DNA of 51,796 nucleotides from positions 1-51,796 of the forward strand of contig JBARVU010000141.1 of assembly GCA_049646425.1 (NCBI GenBank), given 5' to 3'. This DNA comes from Phormidesmis sp. (GTDB taxonomy: Bacteria; Cyanobacteriota; Cyanobacteriia; Phormidesmidales; Phormidesmidaceae). Below the pieces are notes generated by a model, which saw only the letters and a program-made list of their open reading frames with translations, searched no databases and was not told where the DNA came from. A program made the translations under genes and the position numbers. Shown here one piece after another: positions 12,001 through 19,717 of the stretch; the first letter of the stretch is position 1, and each line of letters begins with the position of its first letter.

Positions 12001-12150
12001 AGTCTCCTTTAACCGTTCCGGGTTTAGCGAACCGGCGATCAGCAGCGTGCAGTGGGCTAGATAAATCGAGCCGTCGTGCTGCAGCCAGAGCTGTTCTTGC
12101 TGGGAAGACAGTCGAGCGCCCGTGATAGTACTTGTGTTGGTGTGATTCAT
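6082..12150 (-). CDS. NRPS: Interface-A(Asp)-T-E-C(DCL)
   Basis: N-domain LSLPSLCAD (no HH); A code DLTKVGHVGK (Asp); T GGDSI, the form typical before an E domain; E HHLLVDGVSW, EGHGRE, RTVGWFT, FNYLGQFD; terminal C HHLLMDGW after a YTPSDFPLA linker. Confidence 0.94.
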   Translation of the reverse strand: MNHTNTSTITGARLSSQQEQLWLQHDGSIYLAHCTLLIAGSLNPERLKETLQRVIDRHEILRTTFHRPAGIKLPFQVIAEESSLSWQTMDLSGLSPEVQQRKIDSFQVGSVRNESSQAALSACLATLSPQRSKLLLSLPSLCADTRTLQNLVGEICQLYSANSQPHHWLATGADDPSEDPLQYADFCEWQHDLLTADDETTQAGKAHWQQYDLTTLSKVELSAVDGLPKPQTEPQTELARFEPGSVTVALGEEAIASLSTFANRQGTTLSVCLQACWQTLLWRLTGQDDLILGTVFDGRPYEDLEDAMGLFARTLPISCHFEAETPFSKLLQQIHQATCTASDWQNFWSPAAVSPLTFPFSYEYEERPSPLPAGDLSICLQQANVCADRFGIKLTCVRTPEQLTATFYYDTHRYSAATLQRLSRYFQTLLESVQPNPQTLIDRLPILSPADRHQLLLKFNPSPLSFTPSLLPTLHQQFTQQAIQTPTQTALIFENQTLTYAELNRRANQLANYLQQLGVGPEVPVALCLPRSLEMVVVLLGILKAGGAYVPLDPHLPPARLTFMLADSQSPVLLTQAPLALSPPETLSHVVCLDTDSAAIDQESDQAPASGVTDNNLAYIIYTSGSTGQPKGVAVEHRQVMAYTQSMLDRLALPHQSSYATLSTLSADLGNTAIFPALCSGGTLHAIAAERATDPVGLAAYCRQHPIDCLKITPSHLDALLSGDNAADLLPRQRLVLGGEAASWRLVETVHSLTPACQILNHYGPTESTVGVLAYPVPSPPEMLTASATLPLGQPLPHAQVYILDPYGEPVPIGVAGELHIGGASMARGYYHRPELTAERFIYCNWAETGQQRLYKTGDSGRYRADGTIEFLGRLDHQVKLRGFRIELGEIEAALADHPAVTTAAVTVWTEAGSQQLVAYVVSSLPGATLGQTLATDLKQQLPDYMVPTHFVKLQILPLTLNGKLDRQALPSPHAVSATDSSANRRFTAPCTPQEKLLADLWCDLLQVEKVSIHDNFFELGGDSILSIQVIARANQAGLRLLPKQLFKHQTIARLAAVAETALPTQAEQGLVSGPVPLTPIQHWFFEQNLAEPHHFNQSVLLTVPADLNPDHLTAVVQQVLSHHDALRHRFEQVENQWQQICSPPGQVTPVTRLDLSHLSSDEQPAALKAAIADVQTRLDLSAGPLFRAALFQLGSDQPLRLLMTAHHLLVDGVSWRILLADFTTVYQQLKRGEAIQLPAKTTAFKAWSERLSDYAQSADLAAEQDHWLSQPQVAALPVDALANGSKPEPQDNLVSSAKTLSVTLSEAQTQALLQKVPPAYKTQINDVLLTALVQSFAQWTGDHTLLLDLEGHGREDLFDGVDISRTVGWFTTHFPLWLTLDQDAPLGVALKSVKEQLRQVPQRGIGYGLLRYLCQDSATRQQLQALPPAEVIFNYLGQFDQALSESPDWSPAPESIGPTRSSLGRRRYLLEINGFVSSGQLHLNWTYSERVHQRQTIQALAEAFIRCLSNLIAHCQAPDAQRYTPSDFPLAKMDQPTLDRLLTGCQPIADLYPLSPAQQGLLFHTLYAPNSGVYCVQLSYSLRGNLNVSAFRRACEAVVQRHPILRTAFLWKGLEMPLQRVCQTIQLPWEQLDWRSLTTPEQSTQLEQFLQETRSQGFELDQPPLVRCALIRVSADTHQFVWSHHHLLMDGWCLPIICKEILTLYEAFNNESTVELPLPARYRDYIAWLQQQDLNQAKRFWQQTLQGFKAPTQLMPTQSANSTESPQADAPHSIQSRRLSPSVTTALQALARRHRLTLNTLVQGMWALLLSHYSKDPDVVFGMTVSGRPPALAGVESMVGLFINTLPVRAKVSGEEALTTWLQQLQADQVALHPYAYTPLVEIQTWSDVPRGQPLFESIVVFENYPLDTSLQASVGSLEIDNLRSVTINNFPLTVRVTPGTSLLLQLLYQPERFEERAIATCLDQFETLLHHISADPDISLATLQRVLADFDQQQADMQAKQFQETSHQKFKTIQRKPVRG

Positions 12151-12242
12151 TCTTCTCTACCCTTCGTATTGCTCAAGAAGGATTCCTGGTTTTTTGAAAC
12201 TTAAAGCGACCTGTTAGATAGGAGATTCAACTAAGATTGGGA

Positions 12243-14849
12243 CTAAATGCTGGCTTCATCGATCATCTCTCCCATCGCAACCGTGATTTTTCGAGGCCCG
12301 ACAAAAGGATTGCGGCTGTGGGCGGTCAGCATGTTGTCAAGTATTAAGACATCGCCTATCTGCCAGGTAAAGCTGACGGCCTGCTCGCGATAGATTTCAC
12401 AGATTTCAGCCATCACCGCATCTTCAATCACGCTGCCATCGCCGTAGTAAACGTTTCTGGGCAGATCTGTCTCTTCAAACACAGATCGCACTGAGGCTTG
12501 TTTGGCCGCTTCCAGACAAGAGACATGATGAAGCTGAAGCTGATTGAAGAAAACCCAGTCTCCCGTTTTGGGATGCTTGGCGATCGCCGGACAGAGCCGA
12601 CGAGTTTTGAGCGTACCGTCTGATTTCCACTCAAATTCAATGGCAGCCTGTTGGCAGAGCTGTTCTACAGCGGCACGGTCTGTGGTTTTGAAGAAGTCTT
12701 GCCAGCTGACATCGAGCCCCTCTACAAAGTTTCGAACATACATGATTTTCTTTTGCTGAAACTGTTCTCTGATGGCGGGATCTAGCCGTTGATAAATCTT
12801 TCGGCAGTCGACTATCGGCGTTTCTCCGCCTTGCTGCGCAGCCTGCAAACAGAAGAAAAATTGCTTCAATGGCCAGCAGTGCAGGTGCGAGCTTTCGTTG
12901 TGAAACAGAATTGTCTGATCGGCCGGGTAGGGCGTCGAGCGATAGATGTAGCGGCTTTCCTGTTCTTGCGGCAAGTCGCCATAATCCCCGCGCAGATGAG
13001 GGCATAGCCCTCTGGCAAACTGCTCAAATTTAGGAACTGAAGCAATGCTAAAGCCGCGAAACAAAATTGCCCCGTGTTTTAACAGCGCTGAATCTAAAAA
13101 CGCCTGATTCTCCTTCAGCCATTCGTTCAGATGAATTTGTTCGGTCGTGGGAGAGACCACCAGAGGCAGCGGCGTTTCTGGGTGGAGTAGAGAGGTTTTG
13201 ATCAGGCTCATCTGCGCGAGATCGTGCGTCTTGCGCCGCGCCCGCCGCAATTTTTTCAGCTGGGAGGCTTGATGGTGTTGTTTGTTCATGGTTTGCTGTG
13301 TTCTTTCAGAGTCTGTCAGCATGGCTAGCGTGTCGATAGGGGCATCCGGCTGGGCCACAATACTGGCCAAGAGCGTTTGAAAATGGGTCGATATCCGCTC
13401 CAGGGTGGCAGGCTCAAAGAGATCGGTGTTGTACTGCCAGGTGCCTTGGAGACTGTCCTCGGCTTCGGCCATAAACAGGGCTAGGTCAAACTTGGCCGTG
13501 CCGCTGTCAACGCTAAGCGGGCTGAAAGTCAGCTCTGAATGCGTCAGGGTGGGCATCGGCATATTTTGCAGGACAAATAGCACCTGTACTAAGGGGGCAT
13601 AGCTCAAGTTCCGCTCAGGACGCAAGGCTTCGACCAGCGTTTCAAACGGTAAGTCCTGATGGTGATAAGCCTCAAAGGCGACGGCCTGCACCTGGGCCAA
13701 GAGTTGGCGAAAGCTATGGCGTCCCGAGACCCGGCTGCGCATCACCAGAAGGTTAACGAAAAAGCCAATTAGACCCTCTAGCTCCGTGCGATTTCGACCG
13801 GCGATGTCGGTGCCAACCGGGATATCGATTTGTCCGGTATAGCGATAGAGCAGGGTTTGAAACGCGGCTAGGAGCGTCATGAACAGCGTTCCGCCCTGCT
13901 GCTGACTCAGGGTTTTGAGTGCGGCTGTTAGAGCAGGCGGAAGCGTAAAGGCGATTTTGGCGCCGCGAAAACGCTGAACCGACGGACGGGGATGGTCGGT
14001 TGGCAGCGCGAGGAGCGGGGGTGCGCCTGCTAGCTGTTGTTTCCAGTAGGTGAGCTGAGCGTCTAAAAGATCTCCTTTGAGCTGTTGACGCTGCCAGCAG
14101 GCGAAGTCAGCATACTGAATGGGAAGGGGGGATAAGGCAGGCGGCACATCTGTCGTGAAGCTTTCGTAGAAAGTTGCCATCTCTTGGAAAAACACCCCCA
14201 TCGACCAGCCATCTGAAATAATGTGATGCATGGTCAATAGCAAAACGTGGGACGCTCTTGCCAGCTTCAGTAAGGTGAACCGCACCAGGGGCCCCTGGCT
14301 CAAGTTAAACGGCTGCTGAGCTTCTGCGGTGGCGAACGGTTGTAGCTGGGCTGCCTGCTGTTGTGACAACAGATCTCGCCAGTCCTCTATCTGCAGGCTA
14401 GCTCCAGCGACAGGTGAGATTACCTGAGTGGGGCCGTCTGCTTCTAGCTTAAAGGTCGTGCGCAGGGCTTCGTGGCGCAGCTGAATGGCCTGCACGGCTT
14501 GCGACAAGGCAGTGATCTGGAGCGGCCCCGTCAGGCGCACGGCCACGGAAATGTTGTAGGCGGCCCCGCTATCGCCTAACTGATCGAGGATCCACAGCCG
14601 CTGTTGCACAAACGACAGCGGCAGAGAGTCCTGGCGGGAAACGGTCGGAATCGGCGGTAGAGGGGACGGCAGACTGCGTTCAGCCTGATTGAGAAAGGCC
14701 AAAATCTCTGGCTTGCGCCGAGTGAGTTGGGCCAGCAGCGTTGAGGTCAACATTCCTTTGGGAGCGCTGTAAGAGAGCTGTCCCTCTTCGCTCCAAAGGT
14801 GAATATCTAGCTGCCGCAGGTCGGAGACTAGCTGATACACTGGCTTCAT
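12243..14849 (-). CDS. TubC-N-type docking domain - condensation domain - fused TauD-type beta-hydroxylase
   Basis: N-terminus LRQLDIHLWSEEGQLSYSAPKG; C HHIISDGWS; C-terminal YRSTPYP...FHNESSH, GGETPIVDCR, DNMLTAHSRNPF. Overlaps the upstream PKS stop by 4 bp. Confidence 0.93.
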   Translation of the reverse strand: MKPVYQLVSDLRQLDIHLWSEEGQLSYSAPKGMLTSTLLAQLTRRKPEILAFLNQAERSLPSPLPPIPTVSRQDSLPLSFVQQRLWILDQLGDSGAAYNISVAVRLTGPLQITALSQAVQAIQLRHEALRTTFKLEADGPTQVISPVAGASLQIEDWRDLLSQQQAAQLQPFATAEAQQPFNLSQGPLVRFTLLKLARASHVLLLTMHHIISDGWSMGVFFQEMATFYESFTTDVPPALSPLPIQYADFACWQRQQLKGDLLDAQLTYWKQQLAGAPPLLALPTDHPRPSVQRFRGAKIAFTLPPALTAALKTLSQQQGGTLFMTLLAAFQTLLYRYTGQIDIPVGTDIAGRNRTELEGLIGFFVNLLVMRSRVSGRHSFRQLLAQVQAVAFEAYHHQDLPFETLVEALRPERNLSYAPLVQVLFVLQNMPMPTLTHSELTFSPLSVDSGTAKFDLALFMAEAEDSLQGTWQYNTDLFEPATLERISTHFQTLLASIVAQPDAPIDTLAMLTDSERTQQTMNKQHHQASQLKKLRRARRKTHDLAQMSLIKTSLLHPETPLPLVVSPTTEQIHLNEWLKENQAFLDSALLKHGAILFRGFSIASVPKFEQFARGLCPHLRGDYGDLPQEQESRYIYRSTPYPADQTILFHNESSHLHCWPLKQFFFCLQAAQQGGETPIVDCRKIYQRLDPAIREQFQQKKIMYVRNFVEGLDVSWQDFFKTTDRAAVEQLCQQAAIEFEWKSDGTLKTRRLCPAIAKHPKTGDWVFFNQLQLHHVSCLEAAKQASVRSVFEETDLPRNVYYGDGSVIEDAVMAEICEIYREQAVSFTWQIGDVLILDNMLTAHSRNPFVGPRKITVAMGEMIDEASI

Positions 14850-17800
14850 AATCTGCCCTCCTGGCGGGTGCTCTCAAGTTCAGCGGCTGGGCGATCACTG
14901 CTGTCAGCCCAGCGGCTTAGCTCAATCCGCTCGGCCATGACGGCGACAGTTGGCTCGTCGAACAAGCTGTGCAGCGGCAGGTCGATATGAAAGGCTTCTC
15001 GCACACGAGACATGACCTGAGTGGCCAGCAGAGAATGTCCGCCCAGATCTAAAAAGTTGTCGTGGATGCCAATCGGCTCGACGCCCAGCAGAGTTTGCCA
15101 GATCTCTACCAGGGTTTGCTCAATAGCGGTGCTAGGGGCGACATAGGCATTGGCCAGGTGGGGCCTGCTGTGGTGCTCCTGAGAAGCGCGAACAACGGTC
15201 GGCTCTGACGTTCCCATCTGCGTGACCCACCGCTCGATTCGGGTGGACAGATGGCCGGTGGAGACGACCACCTGCCTGAGATCTGCCCAGCCCAGCAGAC
15301 GCTGCAAAACGGCGACTCCCTCTGCGGGCGTTAGGGCCAGTTCGTTTAGGTCTGAGCCAAAGGTCTCATCTGCCTTATGCTGATCAGAAGGCTGGCCCGA
15401 GGGCTGAGGTGGCTTGAGCTGCCAGCCCTCCCAGTTGATGCTTAGCCAGGGAATAGCCTTCTGGCTTTGCTGATGGGCAAAGGCGTCTAGGAAGCGGTTG
15501 GCAGCGGCATAGGCCGAAAATCCTAAGCCCCCCAATATGGAGGATAGAGAAGACATTAAGAGACAAAAGTCTAGGGGCTGCGATCGCCCTGCCGCTTCAG
15601 CGCCCAATAGCTGTTGTAGAACGAGCGTCCCCTGAATCTTGGCGTGAAACTGCTGTTCACAAAACTCGGGAGTGGTTTCTGCGAGAGTGGCAAAGGCTTT
15701 GCCCGCAAAGCAGCCCGCCGCGTGGATGACGCCGTTGAGCGGACCAAACTGGCCTTCGGCTTTGGCAATCGCCGCTTGCATCTGCGCCAAGTTGGCAACA
15801 TCAGCGCTAATTACCAGTACCTCGGCACCGAGATCTTCAAGCATCTGGATCTGTTGAATTTGTTGACTGACCCGGTCATCTTCGGCATGGTCGGCCAGCC
15901 AATTAACCCACTGATCGCGATCTGGAAAGGCAGACCGCCCGGTCAGAATCAGCCTGGCCTGTACCGTTTTGGCTAAGTAGTGAGCCAGCACCTGGCCAAT
16001 TCCTCCGAGTCCCCCCGTAATTAAGTAGACGCCCTGTGTCTTGAGGGGGGCGATCGCCCGCTCCGAATCTGTTTGAGCCGGATCTGTCTGAGGGTGCGCC
16101 AATGGCAGCGGTTCAAAGGTCTGCACCCAGCGATGACGACCTCGATAGGCCACTGCTAGCTCCGCTGAGGGCGTTTGGATCTCTTGCCACAGCTGATCTA
16201 TCAGCGTTTTCCACTGTTCCTGATCAGGTTGGGGCAGCGCAACATCAATGGTTCGACAGCGGAGATGGGGGTATTCCTGAGGAATCACCTTGCAGGGACC
16301 CAGCATTGTCGCCTTTTGCGGGCAGAGGTGCTCGTCGCCAGTGACAGACTGAACTTGGTTGGAGACCACTGTGATCGGCAGCACCTCGGCACCGGGCAAG
16401 CCGCCTAGCGCCTGAGCTAGAAAGAGCAAGCTGTAAAACCCTCGCATCTGCAGTTGAGGATCTTGCTCATCTACCGGCTGAGCTAAAGGTGCGCCCCCTT
16501 TACAAGCGGCCGAAAGACTCCATAGATGAATCACTTGCTGCGGACGCGATGCCAGAACAGTCAGCTCTCTCAGCAGCCGGTCGTAGTCAGACCGCTGAGT
16601 AGGATTGAGCGTATAGTGGCGCTCATGCGGTTGAGTAAAGTCTTCCCCTGGCTGCACGACTGTCACCCGCTGACCCAACTGTTCTAGTCGTTTAACCAGC
16701 TGGTCACCGACACCGCTCGCGTCCATAAACACCAGCGTATGGGCATCGGCCACTGCGGGCTCAGCGGCTTCCAGCGGCAGGCGAAGGCGTTTCCAAGAGG
16801 GTAGGTAAAACCAATTGGCCTGGTCTACTTTGCCAGAGCGGAGAGCTGTTGTTGGGCGAACGGCCTCGCCAGGGGCAGGCGGTTCAACCCAGTAGCGCTG
16901 ACGTTCAAAGGGATAGGTGGGCAGGGCTAGGCGACGACGCTGTTCATGTGCATACTTTTGCGACCAGTCAATCGTCACTCCTGCCAGCCAGAGCTTACCT
17001 AGGGTTGTCAGCAAATAGGCGGCGTCTGACTGCTGTTCTTTGGGATGGCGTATTGAGGTGAACACGGCTTGAGCAGGGAGATCGGATTGTTCTGCTTTCT
17101 TTTGTGCGGCGATATGCTGCTTGGCCAGTGTGCTTAAGGTTCGTCCCGGTCCGACTTCTAGCAGTAGCGTTTCAGATTTCAACAGTTCGGATAGGCCCGG
17201 CGAAAACCTCACCGGCTGACGCAGATGGCGAGCCCAATAATCTGGACTGGTGGCTTCTTCAGCGGTAATCCAGGTGCCCGTCACATTCGAGATGAAGGGG
17301 ATCTGTGGAGGAGACAGGCTGATCTGTTTAACCTGCTGCCGGAAGGGTGTCAGAATGGGCTCCATCATCGGCGAGTGAAAGCCGTGGGAGGTTCGTAAGC
17401 GGCGACAGTTCACACCCTCAGCGGCTAGCTGCTGTTCTAGCGTGGCGATCGCCGCCTCTGTGCCTGACACCACACCAGCCGTTGCCCCATTGACGGCTGC
17501 TAAAGAGAGATTTGGCTGAGTCAGCCACGGCTGCAGATCAGCTTCTGACAGCGTCACTGCTAGCATTGCGCCTGCGGGCAATGACTGCATCAGCTGACCT
17601 CGGGCGGCGACTAGGGCCAGGGCATCTTCAAGCGAGAAGACACCCGCTAGGGTAGCGGCTACATATTCGCCAATGCTGTGCCCAATCATCGCCTGCGGCT
17701 GAACCCCCCACTGCATCCAGAGTTGGGCTAGGGCGTATTCAATCACAAACAGGGCGGGCTGGGTTAGAGCCGTTTGCTGCAGCTGGGTGGTTGCCTCAGT

Positions 17801-19708
17801 CTCATTTGCAGGCGCGTAGATGACCTGGCGCAAGTCTTGACCTAGATGAGGCAGGAGCGCATCACAGCAGCAATCCACCTGAGTGCGAAAGGTCGGTTCG
17901 GTTTGGTAGAGTTCTGCGGCCATCTGCACATACTGAGCGCCCTGACCGGGAAACATAAACGCGACAGACGGCGCAGTTTGGGGGTTGCCGCTCAAGACCC
18001 GCGTAGGGGCCAAGCGAGTGAGGGCATCCGCCGCATCTGCCGAAGACTGACACACCAGCAGCCGACGATGATCAAAGGCTCGCCGCCCGACACTGAGTGT
18101 GTAGGCGACATCCGCGAGGGTTATATCTGGCGTCTGTTGGAGCTGTTCGGCTAGATTCGCGGTGGCCTTGTCTAGGGCGGTGGGCGTCTTGGCCGAGAGT
18201 AGCAACAGCTGCCAGGGACGAGCTGTCTTTGAGGTATTCTCTAGGGGAACCTCATAAGCAGATGAGGGCACTGGGGGAGCTTCTTCCAGGACGACATGGG
18301 CATTGGTGCCGCCAATGCCAAACGAGCTGACGCCGGCTCGGCGCGGGGTATTTTCGGTAGGCCACTGACGCAGGGTTGAGTTGACAAAGAAGGGACTGTT
18401 GTCCAGATCAAGCTTTGGATTTGGCTGCTGACAGTGGAGACTGGGCGGAATTTGGCGATGTTTGAGTGCGAGGACAGTTTTAATCAGGCCAGCCACGCCA
18501 GCTGCCGCATCTAGATGGCCAATATTGGTCTTAACAGAGCCAATGGCGCAGAAGTTTTTTGCCTGAGTCTGACGGCGAAAGGCTTGGGTTAGGCCCGCTA
18601 CCTCAATCGGGTCGCCCAGCGGCGTACCGGTGCCGTGGGTCTCCACGTAGGTTACCGACTCGGCCTCAACGCCAGCGACTAGCTGGGCTTCGGCGATCAC
18701 AGCCGCCTGACCTTCCACACTGGGGGCCGTATACCCCACTTTTAGGGCACCGTCGTTGTTGATTGCCGATCCTTTGATTACAGCGTGGATGCAGTCACCA
18801 TCAGCGATCGCTGATGCCCGCCGCTTCAGCACCACAACGCCGACGCCATTGCCGCCCACCGTCCCCTGAGCCTGCGCATCAAACGCCCGGCAGTGACCAT
18901 CCGGCGATAAAATCATCCCTTCTTGGTAGAGATAGCCTTTGGCTTGAGGCACGCGCACCGATACGCCCCCGGCTAGGGCCATATCACATTCGCCATTGAG
19001 CAAACTCTGAGCCGCCATATGAACAGCTACCAGAGAGGTTGAACAGGCCGTTTGAACGCTGACGGCAGGCCCCTTAAGATTCAGCTTGTAAGCAACCCGG
19101 CTGGCCAAAAAATCTTTGTCGTTGCCCAGCATTCCCTGGTAAATAGCCAAGGCGTCTGACCCCGTGAGAACCGGATAGAGATTGTTGAGTAGATAGGTAT
19201 TAACCCCCGCTCCGGCATAGACCCCAATTGAGCCGCCGTAGGTCTCAGGATTATAGCCAGCCTGTTCAATCACCTCCCAGGCACATTCCAAAAAGAGTCG
19301 CTGTTGGTGATCCAACAGTTCTGCTTCTCTAGCGCTAAAGTCGAAGAAGGCAGCATCAAACTGTTCAATGCCTGTCAAGATCCCATTCGCTTTGACATAG
19401 TCAGGGTGGTTTAGCAGCTGCTCGTCCACCCCGGCGGCCATCGCCTCTGCCTCAGAGAAAGAAGAAATTGACTCAATCCCCTGCTGTAGATTATGCCAAT
19501 AGGTCTCTAGATCAGGTGCCCCTGGGAACCGTCCTGTCATGGCAATTACAGCAATGTCCGAATCAAAGTCCGAATCAAAGTCTGACTCAAAGTCTGACTC
19601 AAAGGTTGCAGCAGGTGAATCGTCGCTAGCGAGCCAATTGTAGGCAATCTGATCAGGGCCGGCCTGACCGGTAGAAAATTGGAGATTGTGGCGAGTTTGT
19701 TCATTCAT
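14846..19708 (-). CDS. PKS module (NRPS-acceptor KS): KS-AT(malonyl)-KR-ACP
   Basis: KS VQTACSTS, HGTGT, GHLDAAAG, with the NDKDFLASRVAYKLNL signature of hybrid KSs. AT GHSIG and SHGFHS; KR TGGLGGIG...K...SS...YAAAN; ACP GGHSLL. Confidence 0.94.
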   Translation of the reverse strand: MNEQTRHNLQFSTGQAGPDQIAYNWLASDDSPAATFESDFESDFDSDFDSDIAVIAMTGRFPGAPDLETYWHNLQQGIESISSFSEAEAMAAGVDEQLLNHPDYVKANGILTGIEQFDAAFFDFSAREAELLDHQQRLFLECAWEVIEQAGYNPETYGGSIGVYAGAGVNTYLLNNLYPVLTGSDALAIYQGMLGNDKDFLASRVAYKLNLKGPAVSVQTACSTSLVAVHMAAQSLLNGECDMALAGGVSVRVPQAKGYLYQEGMILSPDGHCRAFDAQAQGTVGGNGVGVVVLKRRASAIADGDCIHAVIKGSAINNDGALKVGYTAPSVEGQAAVIAEAQLVAGVEAESVTYVETHGTGTPLGDPIEVAGLTQAFRRQTQAKNFCAIGSVKTNIGHLDAAAGVAGLIKTVLALKHRQIPPSLHCQQPNPKLDLDNSPFFVNSTLRQWPTENTPRRAGVSSFGIGGTNAHVVLEEAPPVPSSAYEVPLENTSKTARPWQLLLLSAKTPTALDKATANLAEQLQQTPDITLADVAYTLSVGRRAFDHRRLLVCQSSADAADALTRLAPTRVLSGNPQTAPSVAFMFPGQGAQYVQMAAELYQTEPTFRTQVDCCCDALLPHLGQDLRQVIYAPANETEATTQLQQTALTQPALFVIEYALAQLWMQWGVQPQAMIGHSIGEYVAATLAGVFSLEDALALVAARGQLMQSLPAGAMLAVTLSEADLQPWLTQPNLSLAAVNGATAGVVSGTEAAIATLEQQLAAEGVNCRRLRTSHGFHSPMMEPILTPFRQQVKQISLSPPQIPFISNVTGTWITAEEATSPDYWARHLRQPVRFSPGLSELLKSETLLLEVGPGRTLSTLAKQHIAAQKKAEQSDLPAQAVFTSIRHPKEQQSDAAYLLTTLGKLWLAGVTIDWSQKYAHEQRRRLALPTYPFERQRYWVEPPAPGEAVRPTTALRSGKVDQANWFYLPSWKRLRLPLEAAEPAVADAHTLVFMDASGVGDQLVKRLEQLGQRVTVVQPGEDFTQPHERHYTLNPTQRSDYDRLLRELTVLASRPQQVIHLWSLSAACKGGAPLAQPVDEQDPQLQMRGFYSLLFLAQALGGLPGAEVLPITVVSNQVQSVTGDEHLCPQKATMLGPCKVIPQEYPHLRCRTIDVALPQPDQEQWKTLIDQLWQEIQTPSAELAVAYRGRHRWVQTFEPLPLAHPQTDPAQTDSERAIAPLKTQGVYLITGGLGGIGQVLAHYLAKTVQARLILTGRSAFPDRDQWVNWLADHAEDDRVSQQIQQIQMLEDLGAEVLVISADVANLAQMQAAIAKAEGQFGPLNGVIHAAGCFAGKAFATLAETTPEFCEQQFHAKIQGTLVLQQLLGAEAAGRSQPLDFCLLMSSLSSILGGLGFSAYAAANRFLDAFAHQQSQKAIPWLSINWEGWQLKPPQPSGQPSDQHKADETFGSDLNELALTPAEGVAVLQRLLGWADLRQVVVSTGHLSTRIERWVTQMGTSEPTVVRASQEHHSRPHLANAYVAPSTAIEQTLVEIWQTLLGVEPIGIHDNFLDLGGHSLLATQVMSRVREAFHIDLPLHSLFDEPTVAVMAERIELSRWADSSDRPAAELESTRQEGRL
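19556..19603. repeat. 4 x 12-bp in-frame tandem repeat encoding FESD-FESD-FDSD-FDSD
   Basis: + strand reads GTCCGAATCAAA x2 then GTCTGACTCAAA x2, just before the KS domain. Confidence 0.9.
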
Positions 19709-19717
19709 TGGGGCACC

